64,000 nt of DNA from Harriotta raleighana (lineage: Eukaryota). Positions 61,643-64,000 of the stretch are shown piece by piece. The stretch covers positions 3,448,982 through 3,512,981 of the forward strand of contig JBNZDD010013700.1 of NCBI GenBank assembly GCA_050575255.1. The letters run 5' to 3'. The position numbers were made by a program, and so were the translations under genes. The notes under the pieces were generated by a model. It made no database searches and had not been told where the DNA came from. It was given only the letters and a program-made list of their open reading frames with translations. Positions within the stretch are counted from its first letter, which is position 1; every line of letters begins with the position of its first letter.

Positions 61643-63384
61643 TGATGAAATCTTATTATGGTGGTAAATTTGCAACTTCTCATAACTCATTATTTGAGAT
61701 CCCAAATTTTAAAAAAAATTGTAGCTTTAGAGTGTGCTAGATAAATAGATTAATTATGAAATCACTATGGATCAACAAAAAAATTTACATTATAACATAA
61801 ATCAAGAAAATATATTTTGTTGGCTGACCATAAAAGATAGCCACCACTGGCCTAGACTATAAACTGAAATCTTGATTCGGGACATGAGCCCACAACCTTC
61901 TGACTCAGAGGATTAGCATAAATCCAGATGTATTGCTCCAGTTACCAACCTTAATGCCAAAATAGCTCCATGTACAACTTGGTTGTTTCCTTTGTTTGAG
62001 CTAATTTATAATCCACAGATTCTGTGCTGCCCAACTATCAAAATCAACCTCTTCTGTAGCACAATGACAAAAGGTAAAATGTTATCATATGATATCCTCC
62101 ACACCTTGGATTGGAAATTCTACCTCTGCTTGGGAAGGCAGCTCTGTGATTTCCTGCTGTTTAATTTACCTTTCAGAGGCAGGAAGAAGAGCTAGAGAAA
62201 TATCCCCAAGGAGATTAAATGGGTTGAGTAAAATCCATGATAGCACAGACTGTGGAAAGAATGAGGATGATGAGCCAAATTGATTTTTTTTGTTCCATGA
62301 TTTCTTATGTTTTTATTTCCTGAATACTAGTTAAATAGCTGCAACCTGTCCAATTCTTGTATCTGTCGAAAGGAAGAGCAGTGTTATTTCTGAGTTCACA
62401 AGATCACAAGAGGTTTGGATGATCTCATTCTTGAAGAACTCTTACCCTACCATTTTTCCATTATGGCATCAAGCTGTTTTCTTAATAAATCCGGAATGTT
62501 GCCCTCAGCTAACCCTCTGTATAAAAAAAGACTTTTTTTTTCCATCTGTGATAAATCCATTCTTTACAACCCTGTGTCTGTCTCCTTGCCAGGTATCCCC
62601 ATGCCCTGTTCCACAGTCACTTTCTCTTTCATTCAACATCTGCAATTTCACTGTATTGCTGTTCTTTAAAGCTCATTCATTGTGTTTTTTTTTTGACATG
62701 AGTACACAGTGATGAAGGATCATTATATGATTAACAGTGATTGTCCTCTGATGCTGGATTCTGGATTGATAAGATGGGATCCCATAATAAGTAAATATTA
62801 TAATACCCATGAAACCCAACCTGACAAAATAACAAAAACAATGGAATTTACTGAAATTTGTACTGAGGAACAAATACTAATAATAATCATCCTTGCATTT
62901 GATATATCGCCTTATCATGTCTTCAAGATATTTCAAAGCGCTTTGCAGGATATACTGTAAACTTCCTTTTTCCTGTGTGTTTCCTGTAGTTCCCCTGTAT
63001 AACAAACACTCAGACAAATTGGTTTTGTGTTACCTTTTAAAGAATTTCTTAATTAAGTGACATTCACGGCATTGTAGTCCCTGCTCAGATTTCTCAGTTA
63101 CAAAATCTATCAGGAAACAAAAAAATATTGACCAGTCCAAATGTTACACTGGGAAACCGAGGAATCACATAGGAATTTTAGTTGATTTTCTTTGTTCATT
63201 GTCATTTTATCATAAGAATTTTCTTTATTAAGACAACTGTTAAAATGAATAGCACGCCTGGATGAGGGGGAATGATCATGGAGTCACTTCTTGACAGCCC
63301 TGAAGGTCACTGCCGCCCGCAGGCCATGAGGCTGGCTTGAGGGGGTTGTGCCAAACAGAAACCTATGTGGTTCAGAGTAGTTGA

Positions 63385-63640
63385 ATTTGATATAGCACTT
63401 TTCACATCTTCTAGGCGAGTCAAAGCACTTCACAGAATATACTGTAAAGTGAATTGACTGTATTTTTGTGGGTGAAACACGATAGCCAATTGCGCACAGC
63501 AGTGTCTCACAAACAGCTGTGGATTGAAATGACTAATTTATGCTTTTCTTCTTCTTGAGGGATTATTATCAGGCATGTGGAGTAAAGAAATTTGCCCAAT
63601 ATTTCACCCTGCCTGGAATTGAATCCAGTTCTCTTGCTTA
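63385..63640 (-). mobile_element. Younger tRNA-DeuSINE
   Basis: ATTTGATATAGCACTTTTCAC...GCCAATTGCGCACAGCAGTG...CCTGCCTGGAATTGAATCCAG. Confidence 0.85.
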
Positions 63641-64000
63641 AGAGCAGAGTTAAAGACTCAGTCACTTTATAGATTTCAGTTTTCTTTGGTGTAAAAAGTC
63701 AGATATTGAACGCAAATATGAGTCACACAGCTGCCGGATTTTTATTTTCCACACATTCCTGGAATCCTACAATTTATTGGTGCCACCCAGACAGCCTATT
63801 CTGTTTAGACTCCAGTCTTATTTCCTGTTCTTACCTGCTTCAATCAAACAAATCATTCAGCATACAAAATTGGGTTACTCACTTCCAGATTTCCACCCTT
63901 CTGTGGAAATCCTGATAAACCACTAAGATCTCTCTCCCACTTCTACAGAAAATGTGTTACGTCTCCAAATGTAACCCCTTAATCTCCACAAGTGCCAGGT

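Overview
This is AT-rich, non-coding vertebrate DNA (intron or intergenic), not prokaryotic. The repeat content points to a cartilaginous fish, most likely a holocephalan such as an elephant shark or chimaera; this is inferred from repeat families, not confirmed. Much of the window is transposable-element debris: about 20 copies or fragments of a younger tRNA-headed Deu-domain SINE with (ATT)n tails, older DeuSINE relics, CR1 and L2 LINE 3' fragments, solo L2 tails, Penelope-like elements whose pseudo-LTRs carry a minimal hammerhead-ribozyme motif, and TA-flanked Tc1/mariner (Tigger/pogo-like) MITEs, one of them in a three-level nest. No intact, recognisable protein-coding gene was found. Most ORFs in the track are chance ORFs or TE remnants; a few splice-flanked segments are low-confidence exon candidates. 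The most notable observations are an intact hammerhead core at 39828-39864 (-), an ORF-less palindromic Penelope derivative with a 15-bp TSD, and a perfect 16 x 37-bp array built from a SINE Deu domain, which looks CRISPR-like but has no spacers. Three duplications flanking single Ns are probably assembly artefacts. All calls were made by eye, and boundaries of old repeats are approximate.
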